From the NCBI RefSeq assembly GCF_009914755.1, contig NC_060938.1: a DNA stretch of 64,000 nucleotides; one strand, 5' to 3'. Of the stretch, positions 33,048 to 46,885 are shown piece by piece (position 1 is the first letter of the stretch; each line of letters begins with the position of its first letter). The translations under genes were made by a program, and so were the position numbers. The notes beneath the pieces were generated by a model. That model made no database searches. It saw only the letters and a list, made by a program, of their open reading frames with translations, and had not been told where the DNA came from. The stretch is from the human T2T-CHM13v2.0 reference genome, Homo sapiens.

Positions 33048-33710
33048 TGTATGGGTTTCGTATAGCTACTGCAACAAACTGCGACACACTTAGTGACATA
33101 AAACAACACAAACTTATTATCTTATGGCTCTGGCAGTCACAAGTCTGAAGTGGGTTTTACTATTGGTGTCCACAGCTGGGTTCATTTCCGGAAGCTCTAA
33201 AGGAGAGTCCATTTTCTTGATTTTCCCAACCTTTAGAGGTTCCCTTGCATTGTAACAGGTAGCAATTGCCAGTTGGGTTTTTCTCATGAAAGTGCCATCT
33301 CTTGGCTGAGGCAGGAGAATGGCGTGAACCCGGGCGGGGGAGTTGGCAGTGAGCCGAGAGGGAGGGGGAGTTGGCAGTGAGCCGAGATTGCGTCACTGCA
33401 CTCCAGCCTGGGTGGAAGAGCGAGACTCCGTCGAGAGAGAGGAGAGAGAGGAGAGAGAGGAGAGAGGAGAGAGGAGAGAGGAGAGAGAGAGCCATCTCTC
33501 TGGTTGTGACTCTTCTACCTCCCTCTTCCCCATTTAAGGACCCTTTAACAGTCCTGGATAATCTAATCTTAAAATCAGACAATTAGCAACCTTAATTCTA
33601 TCTGCCACCTTAACTCCCCTTTGCATTTTAACATGAAATATTCCCATGCTTCTGGAACTAAGTCGTGAATGTCTTTCATGGTGGAGGGATGTTATTCTGC
33701 CCTTTTATTG
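33048..33710 (-). mobile_element. MLT1 (MaLR) solo LTR
   Basis: tgcaacaaactgcgacacacttagtgacataaaacaacacaaacttattatctta...ggataatct...cttaattctatctgc. Confidence 0.8.
33303..33490 (+). mobile_element. 5'-truncated AluY with internal duplication and (GA)-rich tail
   Basis: ggctgaggcaggagaatggcgtgaacccggg...gagcgagactccgtc, then GAGAGAG repeats. TSD gccatctct (33294-33302 / 33491-33499). Confidence 0.88.
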
Positions 33711-36167
33711 AGTTTAAACTATCTACCTGGACTACTGCAACAGGCTGTGACCTGTTCTTTGTTTCTATTTGTAATCCCTTACAATCTATTGAATCCGCTG
33801 ACATCACCATATACAACATAAAACCATAAAACTTCGCTGGATCATGCCACTTCCCTAGTAAAAACCTACCAAGAACTTTCCACTTTACACAGAATAAATA
33901 ACCAAACTCCTTACTGAGCCCTTCAAGGCTGTGTGTGATCTTCTGTTTATCTTTTCCTGGATCACTTCCATCACTTTCCAGAAAGAAGGGTATTATGACA
34001 TCACCTTGATCTTGGCAAGCTTATTACTACTTCTATACCTATGTACTTCTTCAGTCTTTCCCAAATCTTCACATGGTTAGCTCTTTTTTGTCACTTAGGT
34101 CTCAGTTCAAAGGCCACTTCTTTAGATATTTTTTTTTTCTAGCACCCAAACTAAAAGTGTCCCTCAACAAATAATTCACTGTACTACAATACCTGTCTTA
34201 TTTCCTTCCCTGATTATTAATTTGTTTGATTGTTTATGATGCATCTTTTTCTATCAGCGTTTAGCTGAGAGCTGAGACTTCATCTATCTTGTTGAGGATG
34301 CTACGTCTGCACATTGGGTAGGATGAGGAACAAATACTAAATAAATATTAGATGAATAAATAAAAGAAAGAACAAAAAAGCTGAAGCTGACAATCATGAT
34401 GAAAACGCTCTCTGTCACTAGTATACCTCATTTATAAAATAGGTTTAATAATTAATATGGATTATATATAGTAAATTCCCAATAATTACCTATAATTGTC
34501 ATCATTATTACTATTTCACCAGTAGTATTAGTGCTCTAATTTTATACTCAAAGATACAGAAGTGCTCTATAGCAAGGGTAAAGGGTAGGTAAACAAGAGA
34601 TGATAATATAATAACAGCTAATAATTAATATTTTGGGATTTTATGATCATCATATGAAACAATTTACAGAGATTATCACATTTAAGTTTTATCTTCAATT
34701 TTACATAAGAAGAAACTAGCCCTTTATGAATTTAAGCAACTACTTAGTGGCAGAGATGTGAAGCAAAATCCATGCTCTCAATATATTCGTTATCTAAATG
34801 ACCATAGAAACTCATGAGCTCTGTGCAAAAGAGTTCAAATGCCACATGGGAAAGAAAACAAAAATGAATCAATAATAACAGAATGGATTTTTAATTATTA
34901 AAGCAAGTAAAGAAATAAACAAAAAATAGCTATAAAACAAGACAACAAAATCAGGAAAAGTGTATTAGATGTATAATGACTAGAAGGTAGAACCCTCTTC
35001 TACACACCACTCTGCCATTTCCTCGAGTTCTGCCATAAATTTCAAAAACAAATTTGTAAAACTGATATTCTTAGTTAATGCTGACTTAAATAAAAATTCA
35101 GAGGTGGCCATAATTGCTTAAACAAAAGCCTTTCCCTGAAACTAAATTAAAATGTCTTCATCTATAAAAAGGGCCTTCAAATAATGATAAACAAGAGCAG
35201 TCCTGAAATAGAAGCTATGCAATGAAGTAAGAGAATATATTGCCATTTGAAAACAAAAATACCACCACACAAAATGCCCAGAGTTACAAATCACATAGCA
35301 ATCATAGAATAATGGATCTCATATCTGTTCTTGGAGTGCATCACTTGTCAAGCAAGGGGGGGCTCTGTCTGCTTCTTTCACTCTGTGCTACCGAAGCACT
35401 ACAAAGTCTTCACATGTGTGAGGAAACTTCAAGTGTGAATAGAGTGATTTATGAGATTTATGAGAAAGGAGAATAAAATTAGGTTGTACGTGATGCACCA
35501 TGAGTGGAACATAAAAATGTAATAGAAAAACACTAACATGGACATCTCAATAGTTTGAAAGAAGACACAATAACAAACAGGTAGAAAAGATAACATTGCA
35601 ATGTTCATCTGTCACACACAAGAAGAGAGTCAACTATTGTGTTAAATATGACAATATTAATCATTTAAATGAACATGAATAAAACACTAATGTTACTATT
35701 GGGAAAATGATTGTTTTGATGAAAAATTATGCATTTTTTCTAGCACAATATTTAGCTTTATGTAATTTGTGTTCATTGAAGCTGCTTTACAAATGTATGA
35801 ATTGTAAGTTACTGATGGCAAAGCAAAAAAGTTCTTCTTTTTAGACATACAAACTCTGCCTTGTCAGGGAGTAGCTCAACTGACTTCTCTCCCTCACTGT
35901 AGAAGAAGTTAGTTTTACCTCCATTTATGAATTCAATTTAATGTCCCTCTCCTATAATTATGGCTGTTCTTTAGATCCTCTTTTGAAGCCATTATAAAAT
36001 TTTCCTAGTTTACTCATTATTAAATAAAATGTCTAGCACGCATTCATATCTGTATGATAGTCATAATTTTACCTTTCTTGAAAATTATCTCATAACACTA
36101 GTGTCTGTATTCACCGTGCAAAGCCACCATTACTATACCTAAATCTACTTTTTTTTTCTTTTCAATA

Positions 36168-36362
36168 AGGGGCTTTTCCCCCTTTGCTTGGCACCTCTCT
36201 CTCCTGCCACCATGTGAAGAAGGACATGTTTGCTTCCCCTTGTGCTATGATTGTTAGTTTCCCCAGGCCTCCCCAGCCCTGCGTAACTGAGTCAATTAAA
36301 CCCATTTCCTTTATAAATTACCCAGTCTCAGGTATGTCTTTATGAGCAGGATGAGAACAGAG
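36168..36362 (+). mobile_element. THE1 LTR 3' half
   Basis: ccaccatgtgaagaaggacatgtttgcttcccc...ttataaattacccagtctcaggtatg. Confidence 0.85.
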
Positions 36363-36444
36363 TACCTTGCATAGTCTTTTTCAATGGGGCTTTAAGAGAT
36401 TCTTTCTTTGCTGAATATTTAGCACTCAGACATGCAGCTGATGG

Positions 36445-36527
36445 CAAGAGTTCTTAGTCTCAAGAGATCCTCTTGTGTCGTCTTCTCAAAGTGCTGGGAT
36501 TACAGGGATGAACCACCACACTCAACC
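36445..36527 (-). mobile_element. Alu left-arm/FLAM fragment
   Basis: ctcaagagatcctc...caaagtgctgggattacagg...accaccacac. Confidence 0.75.
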
Positions 36528-37901
36528 CTTTGTTGAGGATTCTTCCATCTATGCTCATCAAGGATATTGACCTGTAGTTTTCTTTTTCATTATGTCTTTG
36601 CCAGGTTTTGATATCAGAATTATTCGGCTCATGGAATGAATTAGGAAGGAGTCCTTCTTCCTCAATTTTTTGGAATAGTTTCAGTAGGATTGGTTTCAGC
36701 TCTTCTTTTTATGTCTGGTAAAATTTGACTGTTAATTCTTCTGGTCCAGGGATTTTTCTGGTTGGTAGGCTTTGTTACTGATTAAATTTCCAAATTTGTT
36801 ATTGGTCTGTTCAGGGTTTTAATTTCTTTCTGGTTCAATCTTGGGAAGTGTATGTTTCCAGGAATTTATCTCTTTCTTCTATGTTTTCTAGTTTGTGTCC
36901 ATAGAGATGTTCATAATAGTCTCTGAGGGTTTTTTTTTTAATAGTTTTATAGGATTGGAGGTAATGTGCTTATTTCAATCTTCTCTCTTTTTTTCTTTAT
37001 TAAGCTAGGTGGTGGCCTATCAATCTTATTTATTCTTTCAGAGAACCAACTTTTGGTTTCATTGCTCTTTCATATGGTTTTTCATGTCTCAATTTCATTC
37101 ATTTTAGCTCGGATTTTTGTTATTTCTTTTCTTCTGCTAGCCTTGGATTTGGTTGGCTCTTGTTATTCTATTTCCTCTATGTGTGAAATTAGGTTGTTAA
37201 TTTGGTATCTCACTTTTTTATGTAGGTGTTAGTACTACAAACTCTCCTGTTAACACTGCTTTAGATATTTCCTAAAGATTCTGGTATGTTGTACTTTTGT
37301 TTTCATTAGTTTCAAATAATTACTTGATTTCTGCCTTAATCTGTTTACCCCAAATTGTCATTCCGGATTAGGTTAATTTTCATGTAAATGTATAGTCTGA
37401 GAGATCTTCTTAGTATTGATTTCTACTTTTATTGCACTGTCGTCTGGGAGTGTTGTTGGTATGATTTGTTTGTTTTAAAATGTATTTAGAATTGTCTAAA
37501 AGCTGAGCATGTGGTCAATTTAGCATATGTGCCATGTGCAGATGAGAAGAATGCATATTCTGTTGTTGTTAAATGGAGTGTTCTGTAGATGTCTGTTAAG
37601 TCCATTTAGTCAAGTATTGAGGTTAGGTCCTGAATATCTTTGTTAGTTTTCCGCTTTAATGATCATCTAAGACTGTCAGTGGAGTATTAGAGTCTCTCCT
37701 TACTATTGTGTGGTCATCTAAGTCTCTTTGTAGGTGTGTAACAACTTGTTTTACGAATCTGAGTGCTCCAGTGTTAGGGATGTGTGTGTGTGTGTATATA
37801 TATATATATGTAGAATATTTAAGTCTTCTTGTTGAATTGAACTCTTATTGTTACACAATGCCCTTGTTTGTTTGTTTTCCTTTTTTCTTGTCTTTTCTTC
37901 A

Positions 37902-38178
<277 letters not shown>

Positions 38179-38218
38179 CATCTTTATCCTTTTTGATTGT
38201 TCCAGGTTTGAAGTCTGC

Positions 38219-38555
38219 TTTGTCTGAAATAAGAATGGCAACACCTGCTCTTTTTTTGTTTTCCATTTGCTTGGTAGATTTTTCAACATCCCTTTACTCT
38301 GAACCTATGGGTGTCTTTGCATGTGAGATGGGTCTCTTGAAGATAGCACACAGTTGGTTTATTTATTTATTTTTTTATCCTACTTGTTTTGTCTGAAATA
38401 AGAAGGCAACACCTGCTCTTTTTTTTGTTTTCCATTTGCTTGGTAGATTTTTCAACATCCCTTTACTCTGAAATTATGGGTGTCATTGCATGTGAGATGA
38501 GTCTCTTGAAGATAGTACACAGTTGGTTTATTTATTTATTTTTTATCCTATTTGA
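38219..38555. repeat. 169-bp tandem duplication within L1
   Basis: Two near-identical copies of ttgtctgaaataagaa...ttatccta starting at 38219 and 38388. Confidence 0.95.
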
Positions 38556-40904
38556 CACTCTCGGCCTTTCAATTGGGGCATTTAACCCATTTATAGTCAA
38601 AGTTTATATTGATTTGTGCAGATATGATTTTTGTCATTGTGTTGTTAGTTGGATGTTATGCAGGAATTACTTTATAATGTCAATGGTCTATATACTTAAA
38701 TGTGTTTTGTGGTGGCTGGTAACAGTCTTGGTTTTTTAGCACCCCCTTAAGTACCTCCTGAGGGCAGACCTGGTGGTAACAATTCTCTTAGCATCTGCTT
38801 GTCTGAAAAATATTTTATTTCTCCTTCACTTATGAAGCTTAGTTTGGCTGGATATGAAATTCTTATTTGGAATTTATTGTTTAAGAATGCTGAACATAGG
38901 CCTTCAATCTCTTCTGGCTTGTAGGGTTTCTGCTGAAAGGTGTGCTGTTAGCCCGATGTGCTTCCCTTTGTAGGTGACCAACTGTTTCTCTCTAGCTGCC
39001 TTTAATATTCTGTCTTTTGCATTGACCTTGGAATATCTGATGACTATGTGTCTTGGGGATAGTCATCTTGTATAGTATCTCACAGGGGTTCTTTGCATTT
39101 CTCATATTTGAATGTTGACATCTTTTGAGATGTTTGGGATATTTTCATGTATAATATCCTCAAAGATGTTTTCCAAATTGCTTGTTCTCTCTCCTTCTCT
39201 TTCAAGGATGCCAATAAGTTGTAGGTTTGATCTCTTTACCTAATCCCATATTTCTCAGAGGTTTTAATTAAGTTTTTTATCTGACTGAATTAACTCAAAG
39301 AACTTGTCTTCATACTCTGAAGTTCTTTCCTCAGCTTAGTCTAGTCTTCCATTAATACTTCCGATTGTATTATGAAATTCTTGATGTGAACTTTTCAGCT
39401 CTATCAGATCAGTTTTGTTCTTTCTTAAAGTGGCTTTTTCACCTTTCAGCCCTTGTATCATTTGACTGGATTTGTTTTACTGATTCCTTAGATTCTTTGG
39501 ATTGGGTTTCAACTACCTCCTGAATCTCAGTGATCTTCGTTGCCAACCAGATTCTGAATTCTATGTCTGTCATTTCAGCCATTTCAGCCTCATTAAGAAT
39601 CATTGCAGGGGAGTTAGTATAGTCACTTGGAGGTAAGAGGACACACTGGTTTTTGAATTGCCAGAGTTTTTGCATTGGTTCTTTCTCATCTGTGTGGGCT
39701 GATGTTCCTTATAATCTTTGAACTTGCTCTCCTTTCGATGAGACTTTTTACTTTTATTTTTTTTGCTGTTGAGGGTTTGATTGTAGCGTAAGTTGGATTC
39801 AGTAATCTGGCTTTGTTTCTCGATGATTTTAGGGGGCCAAGACTCAGCTCAGCATTCCTGCGCTTTGCTCTCTATCCCTGGAGGGCTGAGACCAGGCCCA
39901 AAACTTTGTTCTCTGGCACCTCAAAGTTAAGCACCTGCTGCACTTGAGGAACCTAGGTATACCTGGTGTGCTGGCAACAACACTCCAACAGGCAGTGCCG
40001 GCAAAAGCACTTTGTCAGAGCAGTGACAGTGGCATCTGCAGTGTGTACTGGCAGGGTTGAGATGACTACAGTGAAGTCCATGCATGCACAAGCACACTGA
40101 TAGCGGTGGGGCAGTGAGGTCTGCTCATGCAGTGGCAAAGCAGTGTTGAGAGTCTGTGGGTGGGTGCCTGTCAGCAAAATGATGTGGGAAGCTATGCATG
40201 GGTGCATGTTGTGGGGTACCATCTGCAGAAGCTCTCCAACAGTTAGGCAGGACCTACCTGCAAATGAGCTATGGTGGCTGCTGCCAGGAAGTACCCCATT
40301 TGGGCATCCAGGGCTGTGCTTCAAGCAGACTTGGCCAGGCAGGAACCCTAGGAGAGGCTGGTAGACAGAGGTGCACTCAGATCAGACTGGCTCTTTCACA
40401 CAGACAAGATTGCTCTGATCTGTCCAGGTCTGAGAGTCAACAAAAGCCAAAGCTATCTAGAGCTGTGTCGTGAGCCTTGAGGCTGGGCATCCCTGGCCGT
40501 GCTCCATTGCAGCTATTCCCATGCCAAATCTTTGCTCAGCACAGTCTGGAGTCCTGTCCCTGCCACATCTCTAAGGTGGCACAAATGTCCGTGGGGGTTG
40601 TGGAGTCTCCTGAAGCTAGAATTCAGGAGGTCTGTGGCAAGAGTAGGCCAGTCCTCACCTATTTAACTCACCAAGAGCCACTGTGGGCCAGAAACGAGTC
40701 CTGGTGCTCAGCATCCCTGTGCAGGGTTCCCAGCTTCCTCCCACTTCAGCCCAGGATCTATGTCTACCCTCCATCCATTCTCAATGCCTTCCTTTCTAAG
40801 ATCTGCTCAGAGTGTGCCGGTCTTCTTGATGGTCTTGTCTCTGGGTGGGAGATACTCTTCCTTGCTGTGTCTATTGGCCACCTTAGTTCTTCTCCAGAAA
40901 AAAA

Positions 40905-41510
40905 CATTTAAAGAAAATATAAACAGTAAAAACTATCTCAAAGAAAAATTTTTAAAAATACAAATAATAGAGGAAATAATTTATATATATAAATACAGTA
41001 AACTTCATTTCAGCTTATCAAAACACCATAAAGAAGTTGAAAAGATAAATGACAGATAAGCAGAAGATATAAGGAACATATAAAATATATTTCATAAAGG
41101 TCTAATATTCAGAAAAACTCTAAATTCAAAGGCAAAATAAAAACTGCCATGCAGGATATTTCCAAAAGACAGAATATGTCATTTCACAAAGGAAGAAAAA
41201 TGAATGGCCAAATCACGTTTAAAAACCTGTAAAAGCTCCTCAGAAAAATGAAAATTAAAATCACATTTAGATATCATTTCAACATTATAAAATTGTTTAA
41301 AAGCATAAAAAGTCAAAAAAAGTTATGGGAAATATTTGGGAATGGGAATCTCATACATTGCTGGTAGAAGAATAAATTCACATGGTATTTTTAGAAAAGG
41401 ATTTAGCGTTATTTGGCAAAATTGAAGCATTCTACCACCTACAATTCTATTCAGTGATGTTTTCCCTAAAGAGATTCTTGCACTTGTGTACCAAGAAACC
41501 TATGCAATAT
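40905..41510 (+). mobile_element. Ancient L1M (L1MD/ME-like) ORF2 3' fragment
   Basis: gggaatctcatacattgctggtagaag, gagattcttgcacttgtgtaccaag. Confidence 0.6.
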
Positions 41511-43024
41511 ATGGAATCCTCTAAAGCACATGGAGTAATAAAGGGACCACTTTTACTCAAGTTTAAAAAGTTATACATACCATAATTATGAATCCCATTT
41601 TGATCTTTTATCCCAATTCTGGTAAGTTGATCAATCACTATATTAATAACAAGCCTATTTTCCCTTTTACAGACCTGAGAGTATTTTCTTAGTCTTGATA
41701 ATACTTTTATCTGAAACTAAAATCCTGTGGCTAAATCCAATTCTTACGACTTTTATCCTAATAGTTATTGAGATTTTTTTCTTGCACTTGTATTACCAAC
41801 CTCGTTGGGACTGGAATTTCCATGTTTCCATACCAGCTTGTAAAGATGCCCAGAGACTTCTTGAAATTGCACCAATTGTAATGACAGCTTTGCCAATTGT
41901 TACCTGTGTCCATATTTTTGTTAGAATGTTCTACCTTTCAGATGAAATTGGAACTTCATTCCAGGGATTCCATTTCCAGGTTCAATTCTGTCTGAGTCTG
42001 CCACATCCCACTAAAATTATTTAATATTCAGATTAACCTAATAAGTGGAACATATTTTATCTAATAGTACATCTGTATTAAGAAAGTATACTATTTACCT
42101 TTCACACAGCTACTCCATATTTACATGAATAATGGATTAATTTGTGGTTGGTAATAATGAGCCTTACTGCATTACTCAGACTACTTTTTGTTGTAAGACT
42201 CTTTAGGGGCATTATTATAATTTGCAAAGAGTAAGCTTAACTAGTAATTCTATACATAATTTCTAATTCCTTCTTATATATTAACATCTGATCAATATAG
42301 TAATTATTATTCTCAAAGTTCAAAATATTATGCTTATTTAAATATAATACATTTTTTGATAAACAGTTGATATTTAAAAGGTTTCATTCCAGAAGTGATT
42401 TTTCCTTTCTTCCACCCTTAGTTGATTGGCCTGTGATTAGACTGGATTGAATATGAAACTTCCAAATTTGCTAGAGTACTGAGTTACTGACCATCTCAAA
42501 TATATGTGTATGTAAAAAATGTATACACACATATGTGTATGTATGTGTGTGTGTATGTGTGAGTGGGGGAAGAGAGAGAGAGAAAAAAATGCACAAATCA
42601 GAATCTAGCATGAAGACTTTGCAAGTATGTGAGAATTTGATACATTGGTAGGGTTAAGTCCAAATGACAGACAATGCCTAGGTCAACATTCTTTATGATC
42701 TTACAGTTGCAGTCCAATGTTTTTTAAATCAGTTTAATTTATACAGCCCATTCTTTCATTTTATAAATCTCTTAAGATACATGAAGACAAATTGAAATGC
42801 TTTCTCTAACTTAATCATAGCTTTTCATGGTTCATTAAATCTAATATAATATATATCAATATCCTGCTGTAGCTTATAAGTTGGAAATAATGAATTATCT
42901 TGGTATTTTTATACTGCTATAAAAATAAGTATGTTATAATATGATTTTTCATAACACACAAATAATCACTTGTGGAATTAAAATTATCATTAAATGCCTT
43001 AAAAATATATTAACATATACTTTA

Positions 43025-43736
43025 AATGAGATACCATCTCACACCAGTTAGAATGACAATCATTAAAAAGTCAGGAAATGACAGATGCTGAAGAGTATGT
43101 GGAGAAATAGGAACGCTTTCACACTGTTGGTGGGAGTGTAAAGTAATTCAACCATTGTGAAAGACAGTGTCGTGATTCCTCAAGGATCTAGAACCAGAAA
43201 TACCATTTGACCCAGCAAACCCATTATTGAGTATACACCCAAAGGATTATTAATCATTCTACTATAAAGACACATGTACACATATGTTTATTGCAGTAAT
43301 ATTCACAATAGCAAAGACTTGGAACCAACCCAAATGCCCATCAATGTTAGACTGGGTACAGAAAATGTGGCACATATACACCATGGAATACTATGCAGCC
43401 ATAAAAAAGGATGAGTTCATCCTTGCAGGGACATGGATGAAGCTGGAAACCATCATTCTCAGCAAACTAATACAGGAACAGAAAAGCAACCACCACATGT
43501 TCTCACTCATAAGTGGGAGGTGACCAATGAGAACAGATGGACACAGGGAGGGGAATATCACACACTGGGGCCTGTCAGGGGGTGGGGGACTAGGGGAGGG
43601 ATAGCACTAGGAGAAATACCTGATGTAGATGATGGGTTGATGGGTGCAGCGAACCACCATGGCACAAGTATACCTATGTAACAAACCTGGATATTCTGCA
43701 CATGTATCCCAGAACAAAGTATAACAACAAAAAAGT
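43025..43736 (+). mobile_element. L1PA7/8-like 3' end
   Basis: ORF2 C-terminus MFIAVIFTIAKTWNQPKCPSMLDW (43284-43523) and 3' UTR ending cccagaacaaagtataacaacaaaaaag. Confidence 0.93.
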
Positions 43737-44079
43737 TAAAATATGGCAGAATTATGTAAGCTCCAATAGTTATTTCATATAAATTTTTTGTGTCTTCAGT
43801 TCAAAATCAGAATTAATATGCCAGGCAATACTGGATATGATGGCTATTACATACCTTTCATACTTATATTCAAATACTTCATCATTATTGGATTTACTGA
43901 GAAAAGAATACATACAATGTATACTTTAAACATGAATTTTAAAGATAACATCAAGAGATTTGGAGATTCTGCAATCAAAATGTGTGCCACTTCAATTTCA
44001 TAACCAGAGTAATGATATAAATTAGTTTAATACATAGTGAATTCTTTTTAAGTTCTAATATTTAATAAGAAAGGACAAT

Positions 44080-44290
44080 AATAATATGCAACATTATTCA
44101 GAGTGTACTATGTCCCAGAAGCTGTGCTAAGTGCATATTCTCATAAATACCATTATAATGTTTTACAGTTGAGAAGTTTATGAAGCTGAGGCCCTGAAAG
44201 GTTCAATAAACTGCTCAAGATGAAATGAGAAGTAGTGAGCAGAATGAGGATCTAAACAGACGTCTGTATATTCCAATACATTTGCTCTTT
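44080..44290 (-). mobile_element. MIR
   Basis: tactatgtcccagaagctgtgctaagtgc...ttttacagttgag...gctgaggcc. Confidence 0.6.
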
Positions 44291-44504
44291 TCAATAGCTA
44301 CATTGAACCAAGTTTTGATCTTTTCCTGATTTTAATGATCATAATGGCCATAGCAGTTACAGTTTGCTCAAGGAAGAAGTATTAAGTGTAATATAGAATA
44401 AGAGATTTATTATGTGTGTTAGGCCTTGCATAATAATGAGAAAGGCTGGGAAAATAACAGTACTGAAGGAGACAGTGTGATCAGATAAAAGTCACCTAAG
44501 TTAC

Positions 44505-44898
44505 TAATATAGTTTGTATCTGTGTCCTTGCCCAAATCTCATGTTGAATTGTAATCCCCAATGTTGGAGGTGGGGCTTGGGAGGAGGTAATTAGATCATG
44601 GGGGAAGATTTTCCCCTTCGTACTGTGTTGCCATAGTGAGTGAGTACTCATGAGATCTGGTTGTTTAAAAATATGTAGTACCTGACACCTCTCTCTCGGT
44701 CCTATTCCTGTGATGAATACGACCTGCTCCCACTTCGCCTTCCACCATGATTGTGAGTTTCCTGAGGCCTCCCCAGAAGCAGATGTTGCTATGCTTCCTG
44801 TACAGGCTGCAGAACTGCAAGTCAATTGAACCTCTTTTCTTCATAAATTGCCCAATCTCAGGTATTTCGTTATAGCAGTGTGAGAAGAGACTAATACA
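44505..44898 (+). mobile_element. MSTA-type MaLR solo LTR
   Basis: cccaaatctcatgttgaattgtaatcccc...gactaataca. 5-bp TSD gttac/gtcac. Confidence 0.9.
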
Positions 44899-46369
44899 GT
44901 CACCAAGCAGGGACAATGAAATTTCCTGAATGTGATTGCCTCTTTTCTGGTGGTGAGCACGAAATTGCTACAAGCAAGTAAGGCAGGCAATTGGGAGAAA
45001 AAAATGCAAAGTAAAGGTAAGTATAGATAAACAGCATCTCACAGGACAAATGGAACTCACAAGGATAAATTGAAACCCATGACGACAATCTAAAATCCAG
45101 GTCAATGCCTCTAACTCCAATAATGTCTGTGAATAGAAGTCTGTGCCACTCGGCACAAAGATGCACTTATGCCTGGCCTGGGTCTCAGAGAGGTGAACGG
45201 CAAGATGTAGCAAGGGCTGGAGGAAATGACATTGCTGGCATCCTTCAATTAAGTGAGCTAACAAATCAACCACAACATTTCTGAATCACAAAGATGCCTG
45301 GGGCCCTGCACCGATTTTATAATTGTTGCTTCATTTCTGCCTTCCAAATTTCATGTCAATTTCTATTGTGATTAAACACCCTATGGAGAAGAGAATTCTG
45401 GAGAACATATTTCCAGCTTATGCAAGATAAGGCAATAAAAATCCACCACTTTGCACAAAGTATTTTGGGTCTAAATTTTTGAAGTAGACAATAAAATTAG
45501 AAAGACTATACTATGTATGAATCTGTGTACATTAATATGATTCCAGGTTGTAGATATCATGGTATTTTTCAAGAAACAGAGATGAAATTAAAATACATCA
45601 CAAAACTTCCACTTAGCAGTACGGAAGACTAAGTACTGTAAGTGATCCTCCCATCTAGATATAACTAGATTCTGCCTACAGTCTTACCTTTTAATACATT
45701 TCTAGGTTCACTAGAAAATAAATAAACCTTCAAGGACTTAAACCAGAAGCAAACAAACGAGTGGGAACTGGAGCAGAGGGCTGAGAATGGTTAATACATG
45801 TAAGGTGGTGGATTTATCAGGGACACACAATTACAAAACCTGAGGGCATAGCAAAGTCAGAAAGCTCAACCTGAGAACCACACATTTTTTTTATCTCTCA
45901 TGACAAGAGAAATTGGTTTCAGGATGGTAGCATCCTAGGGAACAGGCTGAATCAACTACAAATTTTCTCTGGTGGAAAAAAATGTAAGAATTAAAGAAAG
46001 AGGAAAGAAACATGAGCAAAAAGTACCCAACACAGATCTTGGTATACAAGAGGATAAGTTAAGCAAAGTATAGGCCCACAAAAACAAAACAACACAAACT
46101 ACTATGAAATAGGAATAAAAATATAAACAACAAATAATAAATTTACATCTCTCAAGACCTCCATAATAAATTAATTATAAAATATCAAGTAATATATTTT
46201 TAACTTTATAAATTTACTTTAGTAAGTTTTTGAAGGCAACTGACAATGGTAATTTCACAAGCTGACTTTCAAATTTAGAATCATTGGAAGGGAAAAGTTC
46301 CAAGAATTGTCCAGACATACTGATGAATAAAGACCTGGAAGGACTTACTTTAAAAGATAAAAAGTTATT

Positions 46370-46885
46370 ATACAGTACCCTCCATAGACTATCCCTGTTC
46401 CTCCCCTGCCATGTTATGCCCCACCCATGCAACCACTATCCTAAATTTTCATAGTTAGCATTACCTTTAAAAACTAGATCTATCATATATTTATTTACAC
46501 ATAACACAGTATTACCTCTGGTTTTGCTGCATTTTGAGCTTTACAAAAATGGCATAATATTATTTAGAGTCCTATTTTCTTTTTTCATTCAATATTTTCT
46601 GAGAATTATCCATGTTTTAGCTGTAGATGTCATTCATTTATTCTCACTGTGTATAGTAGCTCCCATTGTGAATATACCACAATAGATATATTCATTGTCC
46701 TCTTTATGTAAATTAAGGATAAAAAGTGTTTGCTACTATGAACAATGCTACGAAAGCTCTTTGCATATATCTTCTGGTTCATGTAATTGAAAGCTTTTCT
46801 ATAATAGTTATCTATAGTGTTATTACTGGATCTTAGGACAGAGGCTTTTTCAAATCAGTTATGTTATAAAATATTTTCTCAAGTT
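46370..46885 (-). mobile_element. Ancient L1ME-like 3' fragment
   Basis: gagaattatccatgttttagc...cattgtgaatataccacaat...tatgaacaatgct. Confidence 0.65.

Larger units (their letters stand above)
32770..34365 (+). mobile_element. L2 fragment interrupted by an MLT1 LTR
   Basis: cctggactactgcaacagg, cacagaataaataccaaactcctta, 3' end aaatattagatgaataaataaa. Confidence 0.7.

Noticed and set aside
33303-33490. SVA element
   Set aside because: The body follows AluY rather than the SVA Alu-like domain, and there is no VNTR or SINE-R.
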